DNA of 64,000 bases from Patescibacteria group bacterium (GTDB lineage: Bacteria > Patescibacteriota > Patescibacteriia > JAXHNJ01), in assembly GCA_034520665.1 (NCBI GenBank), contig JAXHNJ010000001.1, positions 66,579 through 130,578 on the forward strand, read 5' to 3'. Below are positions 9,356 through 20,224 of the stretch, piece by piece. Position 1 is the stretch's first letter. Every line of letters begins with the position of its first letter. The translations under genes were made by a program, and so were the position numbers. The notes below the pieces were generated by a model that ran no database searches, was not told where the DNA came from, and was given only the letters and a program-made list of their open reading frames with translations.

Positions 9356-9361
9356 TTTAAA

Positions 9362-10678
9362 ATGAAATTAAATAAAAAATATCTTACCTTGGCTTTCGTA
9401 ATAGTTGTGGTTCTGGCCATAGCGGGGGGTATTTTTTATTATCAGTTTAATTCTAAAAAAGAAGAATCCGAGTCTTTTACAGTCAGCTATAAAGAATTAA
9501 AAGCGGAAGAGGTTGATGATCTGAGTAAAATTGAGAGTCAGGAAAAAATAGTCTATGCTCAAAGAGAAGTGATTGATAATAAAGGTAATGAGAATGTTTA
9601 CCAAACCAGGTATTATGTTACCAACAGTAAGGGAGAGAAAAAATATAACTTTTATACAGCTGATGATCTGACTTTTGAAATTGGCTATCCCTATTTAGAA
9701 GATAAAATATTAATCTTAACTGAATTTGGCCAGGCTGATAATCGGGTAGTTAATTTAAAAGGGGAAGTTTTAAAGGAGGTTTTTATACCGGGTATTGATT
9801 TTGGCACTGATTTTGTAGTTTCAGATGACCATAAAAAAGTGGCTTACCTGGAAAATCAGTCAAAAGCTAATCTAGAAAATGAGCTTAGTTTTGATTTTAA
9901 TTATTTAATAAAAGTTAAAGATTTAGAGAGTGGTGTGGTTGAAGAGTTTAATCCTGAGGAAATTAAACACGAAGAGATTGAATATAGTCAATTTGTGCCC
10001 GGTGCTTTTTCCCAAGACGGAAAAAAACTCTATATCTTTGCTTCTCAATATGGCTTGGATTTAAGTTATCAAAACCCAAATGGCTTATATGAAATTAATT
10101 TAGAGAATAACCAAATAAAAGAAATATATTATTCTTCTATTGAAAATCAAGAGGAAAAGGATTTGTTGGTTTTATTGGGTGTTTTTCCCCGGCAAAATTT
10201 GGCTTTAGTTAATCGGGGTCCGAGATTATCAAAAGATGATGAAACTGTCTTTCGTACTCAAATACAAAAAATAAATTTGGAAACCGGAGAATTTAAGGAT
10301 TTGTATATTGATGAATATACGGATCGGGTAGGTAGTGGTGGCAAAATACTAAGCCCGGATGGCCATAAATTAATTCTACTTAATAATGCTTATTATGACC
10401 GAGGACTTTCTCTCTATAATTTAGAAACAAAAAAAATGACCAAATTGCTGGATCAAGGGGAATTTGTGACCTGGATGAGTGATAACCAGACAATTATTTA
10501 TCGTCTTTACAAAACTAAAGAAAACGAGCCGGGACAGATTGATCAAACAGTTGAAATTCATTCATTAAACATTGACACGGGAGGGGATTATAAGTTATAC
10601 TCACAGGAATCAGTAAATGAAGGTACGGGTATGAATGAAATGGGAGATAAATTTTATACTTTTATCGGTTTAATCTAA
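9362..10678 (+). CDS. hypothetical membrane-anchored / secreted protein inserted between fusA and tuf
   Basis: 438 aa with N-terminal TM helix (LTLAFVIVVVLAIAGGIFYY). Repetitive beta-rich body. No recognisable catalytic motif. Confidence 0.5.
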   Translation: MKLNKKYLTLAFVIVVVLAIAGGIFYYQFNSKKEESESFTVSYKELKAEEVDDLSKIESQEKIVYAQREVIDNKGNENVYQTRYYVTNSKGEKKYNFYTADDLTFEIGYPYLEDKILILTEFGQADNRVVNLKGEVLKEVFIPGIDFGTDFVVSDDHKKVAYLENQSKANLENELSFDFNYLIKVKDLESGVVEEFNPEEIKHEEIEYSQFVPGAFSQDGKKLYIFASQYGLDLSYQNPNGLYEINLENNQIKEIYYSSIENQEEKDLLVLLGVFPRQNLALVNRGPRLSKDDETVFRTQIQKINLETGEFKDLYIDEYTDRVGSGGKILSPDGHKLILLNNAYYDRGLSLYNLETKKMTKLLDQGEFVTWMSDNQTIIYRLYKTKENEPGQIDQTVEIHSLNIDTGGDYKLYSQESVNEGTGMNEMGDKFYTFIGLI

Positions 10679-10803
10679 TTAGAATACTTTATTAATAGTT
10701 AATAATAATGGCTTAAAATAATAATAATATTTTCTATTTTTGGCTAGCTATAGGCAAAAATTAAGACAGAACTGTTTTTATGAGAATTTCTTTATTTAAA
10801 AAC

Positions 10804-10832
10804 TTGCCAAAGACTGATATTATTGCTATAAT
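10804..10832 (+). promoter_or_regulatory. sigma70-like promoter upstream of tuf
   Basis: TTGCCA-N17-TATAAT. Confidence 0.5.
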
Positions 10833-10918
10833 CGTTATTGCTATTTTGTAAAAAATATTGTAAAATAAATAAAATAACAATCATCTCAATTTAATTTAAA
10901 AAAGAAAGGATAAAAATT

Positions 10919-12103
10919 ATGGCAGATAAATTTGAAAGATCAAAACCCCATCTTAATGTTGGTACTATTGGTCATGTTGACCATGGTAAAACTACTTTAA
11001 CCGCCGCTATGCTTAAAGTTTTAAAAGAGAATGGCTTAAATGTCTCAGAAAAGGCAGTAGATGAAATTGATAATGCCCCTGAAGAAAAAGAAAGAGGTAT
11101 TACTATTGCTACTTGTCATGTAGAATATGAGAGTGAAAAAAGACATTATGCTCATATCGACTGTCCTGGACACGCTGATTACGTTAAAAATATGATTACC
11201 GGAGCTGCTCAAATGGATGGTGCTATTTTGGTAGTTTCCGCGGCTGACGGTCCGATGCCACAAACAAGAGAGCATATTTTGTTAGCTAACCAGGTAGGAG
11301 TGGAATCAATAGTTGTTTATTTAAATAAAACCGATCAGGTTGAAGATAAAGAATTAATTGATTTAGTTGAAGAAGAAATTAAAGATCTTCTTAAAAAATA
11401 TGATTTTGATCCGGACAAATGCCCGATTATAAAAGGCTCAGCCCTAAAAGCTCTTGAAGGTGATGAGGAATCTAAAAAATCTATTATGGAACTGCTTAAA
11501 GCACTGGATGAAAATATTCCTGAACCCAAGAGAGACGTGGAAAAACCCTTTCTTATGCCAATTGAAGACATTTTCTCTATTGAAGGAAGAGGTACAGTAG
11601 TCACTGGTCGGATTGAAAGAGGGAAACTTAAGCTTAATGACGAAATTGAAATTGTTGGTCTGGGTGAAACCCAAAAAACAGTAGTCACTGGCATAGAGAT
11701 GTTCAATAAATCCTTAGATGAAGGCCAGGCTGGTGATAATGCGGGTATTTTATTGCGCGGCACTAAAAAAGAAGAGGTTGAGCGTGGACAGGTTATTGCT
11801 AAACCCGGCAGTGTTACTCCGCATACTGATTTTGAATGTGAAGTTTATATCTTAAAGAAAGAAGAAGGTGGACGCCACACGCCATTTTTCAAAGGCTATA
11901 AACCTCAATTTTATATCAGAACTACTGATGTAACTGGTTCTGTAGAATTACCCGAAAAAACTGAAATGGTTATGCCTGGTGACACAGTTAACCTCAAAGT
12001 TAAACTTAATAAACCGATTGCTTTAGAAGAACAGCAGAGATTTGCTATTCGTGAAGGTGGTCATACTGTTGGTGCTGGAGTGGTAACTAAAATTAGTAAA
12101 TAA
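10919..12103 (+). CDS. tuf: elongation factor Tu
   Basis: 394 aa with [22 protein letters not shown]. Confidence 0.97.
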   Translation: MADKFERSKPHLNVGTIGHVDHGKTTLTAAMLKVLKENGLNVSEKAVDEIDNAPEEKERGITIATCHVEYESEKRHYAHIDCPGHADYVKNMITGAAQMDGAILVVSAADGPMPQTREHILLANQVGVESIVVYLNKTDQVEDKELIDLVEEEIKDLLKKYDFDPDKCPIIKGSALKALEGDEESKKSIMELLKALDENIPEPKRDVEKPFLMPIEDIFSIEGRGTVVTGRIERGKLKLNDEIEIVGLGETQKTVVTGIEMFNKSLDEGQAGDNAGILLRGTKKEEVERGQVIAKPGSVTPHTDFECEVYILKKEEGGRHTPFFKGYKPQFYIRTTDVTGSVELPEKTEMVMPGDTVNLKVKLNKPIALEEQQRFAIREGGHTVGAGVVTKISK

Positions 12104-12135
12104 TTATAAGATAAAAATAATATTTCGATCTTTCC

Positions 12136-12477
12136 ATGCCTAAAACAAAACAAAAAAATGATCAAGAAGAGGTTCAGCAGAGAATTCGCATAAAAATTAG
12201 AGCTTATGATCATAAAATTATTGATCAATGTACAAAAAAAATAATTGATACCGCTGAAAAAAGCGGCATGAAGGTAAAAGGACCAGTGCCCCTGCCCACC
12301 GAGAAAAGTAAATATACAGTTATTAGATCACCATTTGTACATAAAAAGTCAAGAGATCAGTATGAGATGCGCATACATAAGCGTTTAATTGATATTTTAG
12401 AACCGGATCCTAAATCAGTTGATTCTTTAATGAGTTTAAATCTACCGGCTGGCGTGGACGTCGAAATAAAAATGTAA
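12136..12477 (+). CDS. rpsJ: 30S ribosomal protein S10
   Basis: [15 protein letters not shown]...[13 protein letters not shown]. Confidence 0.95.
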   Translation: MPKTKQKNDQEEVQQRIRIKIRAYDHKIIDQCTKKIIDTAEKSGMKVKGPVPLPTEKSKYTVIRSPFVHKKSRDQYEMRIHKRLIDILEPDPKSVDSLMSLNLPAGVDVEIKM

Positions 12478-12646
12478 AATTAAAATTTAATAATAGCAGT
12501 GAATAGGTTCTGAGGATGATAATAGCTGATATTTAATTGACAGAGATTTAATCCTCAGATAACAATTTGCGAGATAATAAAGAACCGAGTTTAAAAGGTT
12601 TAATTCTTGCGACCTCGGTTTTTTTCTTAAAATTTTTAGTAAAAAA

Positions 12647-13447
12647 ATGAAATTTATCATCGGAAAAAAAATTGAAATGACTTCTGTTTTTGGCCATTCT
12701 GGCCGAATGATAGCCGCGACCAGAATAAAAGTTAATCCGAATTTTGTTAGCCAGATTAAAACTAAAGAAAAAGAAGGCTATGAAGCTGTTCAGCTGGCTT
12801 TTGACAAGAATAAAAAGATTAAAAAACCCCAGAAAGGACACTTGGGCAAAATCGGTTCTTACGGGGTTTTAAAAGAATTCAGAGTGGATAAATCTTCAGA
12901 TTTTAAGGTAGGTCAGGAAGTCAATGCTTCAATTTTTGAAACCGGAGAAATTGTAAATATTATGGGATTTTCTAAAGGTAAAGGTTTCCAGGGAGTAGTC
13001 AAGAGGCATGGTTTTAAAGGAGCGCCGGCTACCCACGGTACTAAGGATCAGCTGCGCATGCCTGGTTCAATTGGCCCCACTGGCCCAGCCCATGTTTTTA
13101 AAGGCACACGTATGCCCGGTCGTATGGGCCATGATCAGGTAACCGTTAGAAATTTGGAAATTATTAAAGTTAATAAAAAATCAAACGAAATATTTGTTAA
13201 AGGAGCCGTGCCTGGTCCGCGCCACCAAATACTTAAAATTGTGGCTACTGGAAATAAAAATGAAAAAAATGCCTCTGATTTCGACTCACCTACTGAAGCT
13301 AATAAAGGCCAGGAAGAGACAAATGATAAAAAGAAAGATAATAAAGCAGAAAATAAATCCACTTCTACTAAAGCTTCAACAAATAAAAAAGAGGAAAAAA
13401 CCAAAGAAAAACCTCAAAAAGATTCAAAGGAAAAGAAAGAAAAATAA
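12647..13447 (+). CDS. rplC: 50S ribosomal protein L3 with lysine-rich C-terminal extension
   Basis: MKFIIGKKIEMTSVF...FKGTRMPGRMG. About 70 extra C-terminal residues rich in K/E/T. Confidence 0.93.
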   Translation: MKFIIGKKIEMTSVFGHSGRMIAATRIKVNPNFVSQIKTKEKEGYEAVQLAFDKNKKIKKPQKGHLGKIGSYGVLKEFRVDKSSDFKVGQEVNASIFETGEIVNIMGFSKGKGFQGVVKRHGFKGAPATHGTKDQLRMPGSIGPTGPAHVFKGTRMPGRMGHDQVTVRNLEIIKVNKKSNEIFVKGAVPGPRHQILKIVATGNKNEKNASDFDSPTEANKGQEETNDKKKDNKAENKSTSTKASTNKKEEKTKEKPQKDSKEKKEK

Positions 13448-13449
13448 TT

Positions 13450-14079
13450 ATGCTTAAAGCAAATATTTATAATAATAAAGGTGAAAAAACCGGAACTGTG
13501 GATTTAAAAGAAGAAATTTTTGGTATCAAGCCAAAGGTTTCTCTTATACAGGAAGTGATTAGAGTTCAGATGGCTAATAAGCGGTATAATATAGCTCACA
13601 GCAAAGGACGGAGTCAAAAACGGGGCGGCGGACGTAAGCCTTGGCGCCAAAAAGGCACCGGCCGGGCTAGGCACGGATCAATTAGATCACCACTTTGGCG
13701 AGGCGGCGGAGTTACTTTTGGGCCTGACAAAGACAGAAATTTTAAAAAGAAAGTCAATAAAAAGGTAAAAAGAAAAGCTTTATTTATGGCTCTATCAGAT
13801 AAAGCCATAAATAAAAATGTTTTACTTTTTAAAAATTTAAATATTGATGAGCCAAAAACCAAGAAGTTCCTGGAATTAATCAAAAATGTACCAGTTAAAA
13901 AACCTTATTTATTAATTTTACCTGATACTAATTTAAATATAATCAGAGCTTCAAATAATTTAAAAGAAAATAGATGTATTCGGGCCGATTCCCTTAATGT
14001 TTATGATATTATAAAGTATAAAAGTTTACTTATGCCCGAAGAATCTTTAGCTATTATCTATAAAACTTATTTAAAATAA
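13450..14079 (+). CDS. rplD: 50S ribosomal protein L4
   Basis: [34 protein letters not shown]. Confidence 0.95.
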   Translation: MLKANIYNNKGEKTGTVDLKEEIFGIKPKVSLIQEVIRVQMANKRYNIAHSKGRSQKRGGGRKPWRQKGTGRARHGSIRSPLWRGGGVTFGPDKDRNFKKKVNKKVKRKALFMALSDKAINKNVLLFKNLNIDEPKTKKFLELIKNVPVKKPYLLILPDTNLNIIRASNNLKENRCIRADSLNVYDIIKYKSLLMPEESLAIIYKTYLK

Positions 14080-14082
14080 ATC

Positions 14083-14583
14083 ATGGGATTATTTGATAGA
14101 TTTAAAAAACCAAAAACTGACAAGGCTTCTCACAAAGAGGAAAAGCGTGTACGTGACAAAAAAAAGAAATCCAAATTAACAAAGCAAAAGCAAGAGGAAG
14201 CCAAAAAAAAGCGTTTTCAAGCGGTTGGCACCGCTGCTCCAGAAGTCAAAAAAAAGACAGCCAAAAAGAAAAAGACAGCTAAAAAGAAGACTAGAACGGA
14301 AAGTGGTACAGCCCCAAAAATACTGATTAGGCCGATAGTCTCAGAAAAAAGTACTGAATTAGGTGTGGCCAATAAATATGTTTTTGAAGTTAACAAGGTC
14401 TCAAATAAAATCCAAATAAAAAAAGCTTTTAAGGATTTATACGGCTATAAACCTATAAGTGTTAATATTATTAACATGAGCGGCAAACAGGTTAGATATG
14501 GCCGATCAACTGGTCGTACTAAAAATTGGAAAAAGGCGGTTATTACCTTGAAAGCTGAAGAAAAAATTGATATAAATACTTAA
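14083..14583 (+). CDS. rplW: 50S ribosomal protein L23 with about 70-aa lysine/alanine-rich N-terminal extension
   Basis: Core ILIRPIVSEKST...KAFKDLYGY preceded by KKTAKKKKTAKKK-type tail. Confidence 0.9.
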   Translation: MGLFDRFKKPKTDKASHKEEKRVRDKKKKSKLTKQKQEEAKKKRFQAVGTAAPEVKKKTAKKKKTAKKKTRTESGTAPKILIRPIVSEKSTELGVANKYVFEVNKVSNKIQIKKAFKDLYGYKPISVNIINMSGKQVRYGRSTGRTKNWKKAVITLKAEEKIDINT

Positions 14584-14586
14584 TAT

Positions 14587-15420
14587 ATGGCAGTTAAGAA
14601 AAACAAACCAACTACTCCCGGACGAAGGCGATCATCCTCATTAACTTATGAGGAATTAACCAAAAAGAAACCAGAGAAATCTTTGCTTAAGATTATCAAG
14701 AAGAAAGCTGGTCGTTCAAAAGGAAAAATTACCGTTAGGCACAAAGGCGGCGGACATAAAAGATTTTATCGTTTAGTAGATTTTAAGCGCCATAATTTTG
14801 ATGTGCCAGCTGAAGTTAAAAGTATTGAGTATGATCCTAATCGCAGTGCTTTTATTGCTCTTTTGGCATATGAAGACGGTAAGAAAAGTTATGTTCTGTC
14901 TCCGACTGGCCTGTCAGTTGGCGATAAAATACTTTCTTCTAAAGATAAGATAGAAATAAAAAATGGTAATCGTATGCCTTTGGAGAAAATGCCACCTGGT
15001 TCTTTTATTTATAATATTGAAATGAATCCCGGGCAAGGTGGTAAAATAGTAAGATCAGCCGGCTTGAGGGCTGCTTTGATGGGAGTTGAAGGAAAAAATG
15101 CCCAGTTAAAAATGCCTTCCGGAGAAATAAGATTATTTGATAAAAAGTCATTAGCCACTTTGGGACAAGTTTCTAATGCTGATCATATTAATGTTAGACT
15201 AGGTAAAGCTGGCAAGAAAAGATGGCTGGGCATCCGACCGACAGTACGTGGTAAGGCTATGAACCCAACAGATCATCCTCATGGTGGCGGCGAAGGTAGT
15301 ACTCCGGTGGGTATGAAACATCCAAAAACCCCAACTGGTAAACCAGCTATGGGTAAAACTACCCGGAAAAAAAATAAAAAATCCAATCGGATGATTATTA
15401 AAAAAAGAAGAAAGAAATAA
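14587..15420 (+). CDS. rplB: 50S ribosomal protein L2
   Basis: VRHKGGGHKR...NPTDHPHGGGEG. Confidence 0.96.
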   Translation: MAVKKNKPTTPGRRRSSSLTYEELTKKKPEKSLLKIIKKKAGRSKGKITVRHKGGGHKRFYRLVDFKRHNFDVPAEVKSIEYDPNRSAFIALLAYEDGKKSYVLSPTGLSVGDKILSSKDKIEIKNGNRMPLEKMPPGSFIYNIEMNPGQGGKIVRSAGLRAALMGVEGKNAQLKMPSGEIRLFDKKSLATLGQVSNADHINVRLGKAGKKRWLGIRPTVRGKAMNPTDHPHGGGEGSTPVGMKHPKTPTGKPAMGKTTRKKNKKSNRMIIKKRRKK

Positions 15421-15423
15421 TTT

Positions 15424-15777
15424 ATGTCAAGAAGTCTAAAAAAAGGCCCATACATTAATCCAAAATTGCTTAAAAAAATGAGCAAGGTTAGAGTTGGTGA
15501 TAAAACAGTAATTAAAACTTGGTCACGTGCTTCGGTTATTACTCCGGAAATGGTTGGCTATACTTTTGGGGTGCATAATGGGAAAGAGCACGTACCGGTC
15601 AGAGTAACTGAAAATATGGTTGGTCATAAATTGGGTGAATTCTCTCCTACTCGTAAATTTGTCAAACATGGCGGACGTATGCAAAAAGAAGCAGAAATTG
15701 CCCAAGCTGAAACAGTTCGCCAGGAAGCCAAAAAGACAGCTGGAGAAGAAGAAACAAAAAAACCTAAAGAAGAATAA
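15424..15777 (+). CDS. rpsS: 30S ribosomal protein S19 (with C-terminal extension)
   Basis: [11 protein letters not shown]...[13 protein letters not shown]. Confidence 0.95.
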   Translation: MSRSLKKGPYINPKLLKKMSKVRVGDKTVIKTWSRASVITPEMVGYTFGVHNGKEHVPVRVTENMVGHKLGEFSPTRKFVKHGGRMQKEAEIAQAETVRQEAKKTAGEEETKKPKEE

Positions 15778-15785
15778 TAAAAATT

Positions 15786-16187
15786 ATGGAAGCCAAAGCA
15801 AAATTAAGATATTTAAAAATAGCCCCAAGAAAAGTGAGACTGGTTATTAATTTAATAAGGGGCAAAGATATTGAAAGAGCCAGAAATGAGCTTAAATTTA
15901 GTTCAAAAAGAGCGGCTAAGCCACTTCTAAAACTTTTAGAATCAGCTATAGCCAACGCTGAAAACAATTTTGATTTAAAAAAAGAAAATCTTTATATAAA
16001 AAAAATCACAGCTGATGAAGGCCCCAAGCTTAAAAGATGGCGCCCACGGGCTTATGGAAGAGCTACACAAATATTAAAGCGCTCCAGTCATGTTACCTTA
16101 ATTCTGGCAGAGAAAAAAATGAGCAAAAAAGAAAAAAAATCTGATAAAAAAAATGATAATAAGAAAAATAAGGGAAGGAAAAAATAA
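15786..16187 (+). CDS. rplV: 50S ribosomal protein L22 (lysine-rich C-terminus)
   Basis: MEAKAKLRYLKIAPRKVRLV... Confidence 0.93.
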   Translation: MEAKAKLRYLKIAPRKVRLVINLIRGKDIERARNELKFSSKRAAKPLLKLLESAIANAENNFDLKKENLYIKKITADEGPKLKRWRPRAYGRATQILKRSSHVTLILAEKKMSKKEKKSDKKNDNKKNKGRKK

Positions 16188-16855
16188 TGGGAAGAAAGGT
16201 TAATCCAAAAATATTTCGTCTAGGCACAACCCAGAGTTGGAAATCAAAATGGTTTTCCAGAAAGAATTATAGTAAATATTTAAAACAAGATACTAAAATA
16301 AGAAAATTTTTAAGGAATAAATTAAAAGGAGCCAGTGTTGCTAAAATTGGTATTGAACGTTCAGCCAACAATATTACCATAAATATTCATACTTCAAAAC
16401 CAGGATTAGTTATTGGCCGTGGTGGAGCGGGCGCTGATCAGCTGAAAAAAGAAGTTAAAAATAAAGTCTTAAAAAATCCTAAAGGCAGTTTAAAAGTAAA
16501 TATTACTGAAGTTTCCCAGCCCAATCTAAACGCAGAGATTGTTTGCCAGAGTGTTATTGAGCAGATTGAAAAAAGAATACCCTTTCGAAGGGTTATGAAA
16601 AGAACTCTGGATAATGTAATGAAAGCTGGAGCTAAAGGGGTAAAAATTACAGTCTCTGGTCGATTAAACGGCGCTGAAATTGCTCGTACTGAGAAATTAG
16701 CTAAAGGCCAGATTCCACTTCATACCCTCCGGGCTGATGTTGATTATTCTAGAGGAAATGCGGCTACTACGTATGGCAGTATTGGAGTACGAGTTTGGAT
16801 TTATAAAGGTGAAGTTTTTGAAGATGATAAAAAAAATAATAACCAGAAAAAATAA
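16187..16855 (+). CDS. rpsC: 30S ribosomal protein S3
   Basis: [13 protein letters not shown]...KH domain...[18 protein letters not shown]. Confidence 0.95.
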   Translation: MGRKVNPKIFRLGTTQSWKSKWFSRKNYSKYLKQDTKIRKFLRNKLKGASVAKIGIERSANNITINIHTSKPGLVIGRGGAGADQLKKEVKNKVLKNPKGSLKVNITEVSQPNLNAEIVCQSVIEQIEKRIPFRRVMKRTLDNVMKAGAKGVKITVSGRLNGAEIARTEKLAKGQIPLHTLRADVDYSRGNAATTYGSIGVRVWIYKGEVFEDDKKNNNQKK

Positions 16856-17262
16856 TGTTAATACCGAAAAAAGTAAAATACAGAAAATGGCAAAAAGGCC
16901 GGCAAAAAGGCCGGGCTACTTCGGGTAATAAAATTTCTTTTGGTCAGTATGGCTTGAAATCTTTAGATAAATCTTGGATAACGGCCAGACAAGTAGAAGC
17001 AGCTAGACGGTCCATTACCCGTTTTTTACAAAAAGGCGGAAAAATATGGATAAGAGTTTTTCCAGACAAACCAGTGACTGGCAAGAGTTCAGAAGTGCCC
17101 ATGGGCGGTGGTAAAGGAGCAGTAGATCATTTTGTAGCTGTGGTTAAACCGGGTACTGTCCTTTTCGAGCTTGGTGGTATTGATAAAGAAACAGCCAAAG
17201 AGGCTTTAAGAAGGGCTTCTTTCAAGCTGCCGGTTAAAACTAAATTTGTAGAAAGAATATAG
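16855..17262 (+). CDS. rplP: 50S ribosomal protein L16
   Basis: [11 protein letters not shown]...RVFPDKPVT. Confidence 0.95.
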   Translation: MLIPKKVKYRKWQKGRQKGRATSGNKISFGQYGLKSLDKSWITARQVEAARRSITRFLQKGGKIWIRVFPDKPVTGKSSEVPMGGGKGAVDHFVAVVKPGTVLFELGGIDKETAKEALRRASFKLPVKTKFVERI

Positions 17263-17265
17263 AAT

Positions 17266-17499
17266 ATGAAGTTCAAAGAATTAAAAACTAAATCATCTAA
17301 AGAATTAAAAAATCTTTTAAAAAATAATAGAGAAGATTTAAGAGACTTAAGATTTAAAGTTTCCAATAAACAAATAAAAAATGTTAGGGAAATAAGAAAA
17401 GTAAAAAAAAGTATCGCTCAAATATTGACACTGCTTAAGAAGAAAAGTAAAGTACAAACTAATAAAGCAAATAATAAAGAAAAAAATGTCTCAAAATAA
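17266..17499 (+). CDS. rpmC: 50S ribosomal protein L29
   Basis: 77 aa, [31 protein letters not shown]. Confidence 0.85.
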   Translation: MKFKELKTKSSKELKNLLKNNREDLRDLRFKVSNKQIKNVREIRKVKKSIAQILTLLKKKSKVQTNKANNKEKNVSK

Positions 17500-17737
17500 T
17501 AAGAAGAAAAGAAAATTAAAAGGAGTGGTTGTTTCCGATAAAATGGACAAAACTATTGTGGTTAAAGTAGAAAGATCTAAAAAACATCCGCTTTATAAAA
17601 AAATATTTTTTATTTCTAAAAAATATAAAGTTCACGATCCCGAAAATAAGTATAAAGAAGGAGACAAAGTGGTTATTATTGAATCAAAGCCATATTCAAA
17701 AGATAAAAGATGGCTGGTAATTAATAAAATTTCATAA
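17486..17737 (+). CDS. rpsQ: 30S ribosomal protein S17
   Basis: [21 protein letters not shown]... Confidence 0.92.
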   Translation: MSQNNKKKRKLKGVVVSDKMDKTIVVKVERSKKHPLYKKIFFISKKYKVHDPENKYKEGDKVVIIESKPYSKDKRWLVINKIS

Positions 17738-17740
17738 ACT

Positions 17741-18112
17741 ATGATACAAGTACACACATCTTTAAAAGTGGCTGATAATACCGGAGCTAGAAAAATCCAA
17801 TGTATACGTCTTCACAGAGGTTTTAAAAGAAGATACGCTCGCTTAGGCGATATTATTACAGCTACAGTTAAAAAAGCTGATCCGCATGCTATGATTAAAA
17901 AAGGTGAAATTGTCAAAGCAGTCATTGTTAGAATGAGAAAAGAAACTCGCCGGTCTGATGGTTCTTATTTAAGATTTGATGAAAACGCAGCTGTGGTTAT
18001 CGATCCGAAAACAAAAATGCCGCGAGGCACTAGAATTTTCGGACCAGTAGCCAGAGAATTAAGAAAAAGAGGCTTTAATAAGATTATATCATTAGCAGCT
18101 GAAGTATTATAA
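17741..18112 (+). CDS. rplN: 50S ribosomal protein L14
   Basis: [22 protein letters not shown]. Confidence 0.96.
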   Translation: MIQVHTSLKVADNTGARKIQCIRLHRGFKRRYARLGDIITATVKKADPHAMIKKGEIVKAVIVRMRKETRRSDGSYLRFDENAAVVIDPKTKMPRGTRIFGPVARELRKRGFNKIISLAAEVL

Positions 18113-18129
18113 ATTTTATTTTAAATATT

Positions 18130-18435
18130 ATGAAAATAAAAAAAGGCGATACAGTTAAAATATTAACCGGTAAAGATCGTGGCAAAAAAGGTAAAGTAAT
18201 TCAAGTTTTACCAAACGAAAATATGGTTATGGTTGAAAATATAAATATGATGGTTAAAAATATTAGACCGAAAAAAGCCGGAGAAAAAGGGCAAAAAGTT
18301 GAATACGCCGCTCCTCTTAATATTTCTAATGTTAGCTTGCTTTGTCCTAAATGTTCAAAACCAACTCGAGCTGGTTATAAGGTTTTAAAAAATGAGAAAA
18401 TTAGAATTTGTAAAAAATGTAAGGAGAAAATATAA
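18130..18435 (+). CDS. rplX: 50S ribosomal protein L24 with C-terminal CxxC...CxxC zinc-ribbon tail
   Basis: KOW-type MKIKKGDTVKILTGKDRGKKGKV plus LCPKCSK...ICKKCKEKI. Confidence 0.9.
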   Translation: MKIKKGDTVKILTGKDRGKKGKVIQVLPNENMVMVENINMMVKNIRPKKAGEKGQKVEYAAPLNISNVSLLCPKCSKPTRAGYKVLKNEKIRICKKCKEKI

Positions 18436-18998
18436 TGAATCGACTTTATAAAAAATATCAAGAAAAAATTATTCCTTATATGGCGAAAACTTTTAGCTAT
18501 AAGAATAAAATGGCTGTACCAAAAATTAAAAAAGTAGTTTTGAATGTTGGTATACCGGCAGAAAATTTGAACGATGATAAATTTGTTAAAGCCATCACTA
18601 AAAGTTTAGAGCAAATCACTGGCCAAAAACCAGTATTCACACGAGCCAAAAAGTCTATTTCAGCTTTTAAAGTGAAACAGGGTATGAAAGTTGGAGCTAA
18701 GGTTACCTTACGCGGGAAAAGAATGTATGATTTTATAGATAAGTTGGTTAACATTACCCTACCTCGTGTCCGTGATTTTCGCGGATTAGATAAAGACCTA
18801 GTAACAGGCGGGAAAAGTTTGACCATTGGTTTTATAGAGAATGTTGTTTTTCCCGAAATAAACAGCGAAAAAATTGAAAGAATGCATGGATTAGAAGTTA
18901 CAATTGTTAGTAATGCCGAAGATAATAAAGAAATGCTGGCTCTTCTTACGGCCTTTGGCTTTCCTTTTAAGAAAGATAAAGATAAAAATAATTTATAA
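18435..18998 (+). CDS. rplE: 50S ribosomal protein L5
   Basis: MNRLYKKYQEKI...GLEVTIVSNA. Confidence 0.95.
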   Translation: MNRLYKKYQEKIIPYMAKTFSYKNKMAVPKIKKVVLNVGIPAENLNDDKFVKAITKSLEQITGQKPVFTRAKKSISAFKVKQGMKVGAKVTLRGKRMYDFIDKLVNITLPRVRDFRGLDKDLVTGGKSLTIGFIENVVFPEINSEKIERMHGLEVTIVSNAEDNKEMLALLTAFGFPFKKDKDKNNL

Positions 18999-19017
18999 TT
19001 ATTAATTTATATTATAT

Positions 19018-19203
19018 ATGGCTAAAAAATCAGTGATAGCAAGATCAAAAAAGAAACCCAAATATTCTACCCGCCAGGTGAATCGTTGTTGGCGCTGCGG
19101 TCGTAAAAGGGGTTATATGAGGAAATTTGGTCTTTGCCGTATTTGTTTTCGGGAGTTAGCTAACAAAAATGAAATCCCGGGTATTAAAAAATCATCTTGG
19201 TAA
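19018..19203 (+). CDS. rpsN: 30S ribosomal protein S14 type Z (zinc-binding)
   Basis: 61 aa with [23 protein letters not shown]. Confidence 0.93.
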   Translation: MAKKSVIARSKKKPKYSTRQVNRCWRCGRKRGYMRKFGLCRICFRELANKNEIPGIKKSSW

Positions 19204-19251
19204 ATAAAATATTTATACTAATTAATTAATTTATTCTTAATAAAAAATTCT

Positions 19252-19641
19252 ATGACTGATCCAATTGCTGATATGTTATCACGAATAAGAAATGGCCTTT
19301 TAGCTAAAAAGTCAGAAATTATTTTTCCGTATTCAAATATAAAATTTGAAATTGCAAAAATTTTAGCTGAAAGAGGCTGGATTGAAAGTGCCAATAAAAT
19401 AGAAGATAAATTTGATAAAATAAAAATAGTATTAAAATATGATGAAGATAAAAAGCCGGCCATTACTTCTATAAAGAGAGTAAGTAAACCCGGACGTCGT
19501 ATTTATGTACCAAAGGATAAATTGCCGATTGTACTTAATAATTATGGTGAAGCAATAATTTCTACATCAAGAGGTCTAATGACTAATAAAAAAGCCAGAA
19601 AAGAAAAAGTCGGCGGAGAAATAATTTGTGAAATTTATTAA
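19252..19641 (+). CDS. rpsH: 30S ribosomal protein S8
   Basis: MTDPIADMLSRIRNG. Confidence 0.95.
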   Translation: MTDPIADMLSRIRNGLLAKKSEIIFPYSNIKFEIAKILAERGWIESANKIEDKFDKIKIVLKYDEDKKPAITSIKRVSKPGRRIYVPKDKLPIVLNNYGEAIISTSRGLMTNKKARKEKVGGEIICEIY

Positions 19642-19649
19642 TAAAATTT

Positions 19650-20204
19650 ATGTCTAGAATAGGTAAATTACCCATAAAATTTGGAGATGAAATAGAAATT
19701 AATTTAAAGGAGCATACTTTAGAAGTGAAAGGTCCCAAGGGTAAACTTGAACAAAAAATACATTCACATATTTCCTTAGATATTAAGGATGATGAGATTG
19801 TAGTTAAGGTAAGAAATCCTCAGGAAAAAAAAGACCGGGCACTTTGGGGGTTATTCAGAGCTTTAATAGACAATATGGTTCAGGGTGTGAAAGAAGGCTT
19901 TGAAAAAAAGTTAGAAATCAATGGTGTTGGTTATAAAGCAAAAGTGAGCGATCATAAATTAACTCTTAATTTGGGTTATTCTCATTCTATTGAATATAAC
20001 TTTCCAGAAGATATTGAAATAAAGGTGGATAAGAATATTGTCACTGTAGCTGGCCCGGATCGTCAAAAAGTAGGACAAGTAGCGGCTGAAATTAGAAGAT
20101 TTAGAAAACCAGAGCCTTACAAAGGTAAAGGTATTAAGTATGTCGATGAAGTCATTCGCCGTAAAGCTGGTAAAGCCGCTAAAGGAGATGAAGACGGGGC
20201 TTAA
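19650..20204 (+). CDS. rplF: 50S ribosomal protein L6
   Basis: MSRIGKLPIKFGDEIEIN...GYSHSIEY. Confidence 0.95.
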   Translation: MSRIGKLPIKFGDEIEINLKEHTLEVKGPKGKLEQKIHSHISLDIKDDEIVVKVRNPQEKKDRALWGLFRALIDNMVQGVKEGFEKKLEINGVGYKAKVSDHKLTLNLGYSHSIEYNFPEDIEIKVDKNIVTVAGPDRQKVGQVAAEIRRFRKPEPYKGKGIKYVDEVIRRKAGKAAKGDEDGA

Positions 20205-20224
20205 GTTTAATTTAAAACAAATTT

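Noticed and set aside
8980-13883. Antisense or out-of-frame ORFs inside fusA, tuf, rplC and rplD (8980-9222, 11045-11275, 11335-11763, 11444-11674, 12548-12841, 13135-13404, 13194-13457, 13614-13883)
   Set aside because: Fully embedded in well-supported conserved genes, low-complexity translations, and no start-site signals.
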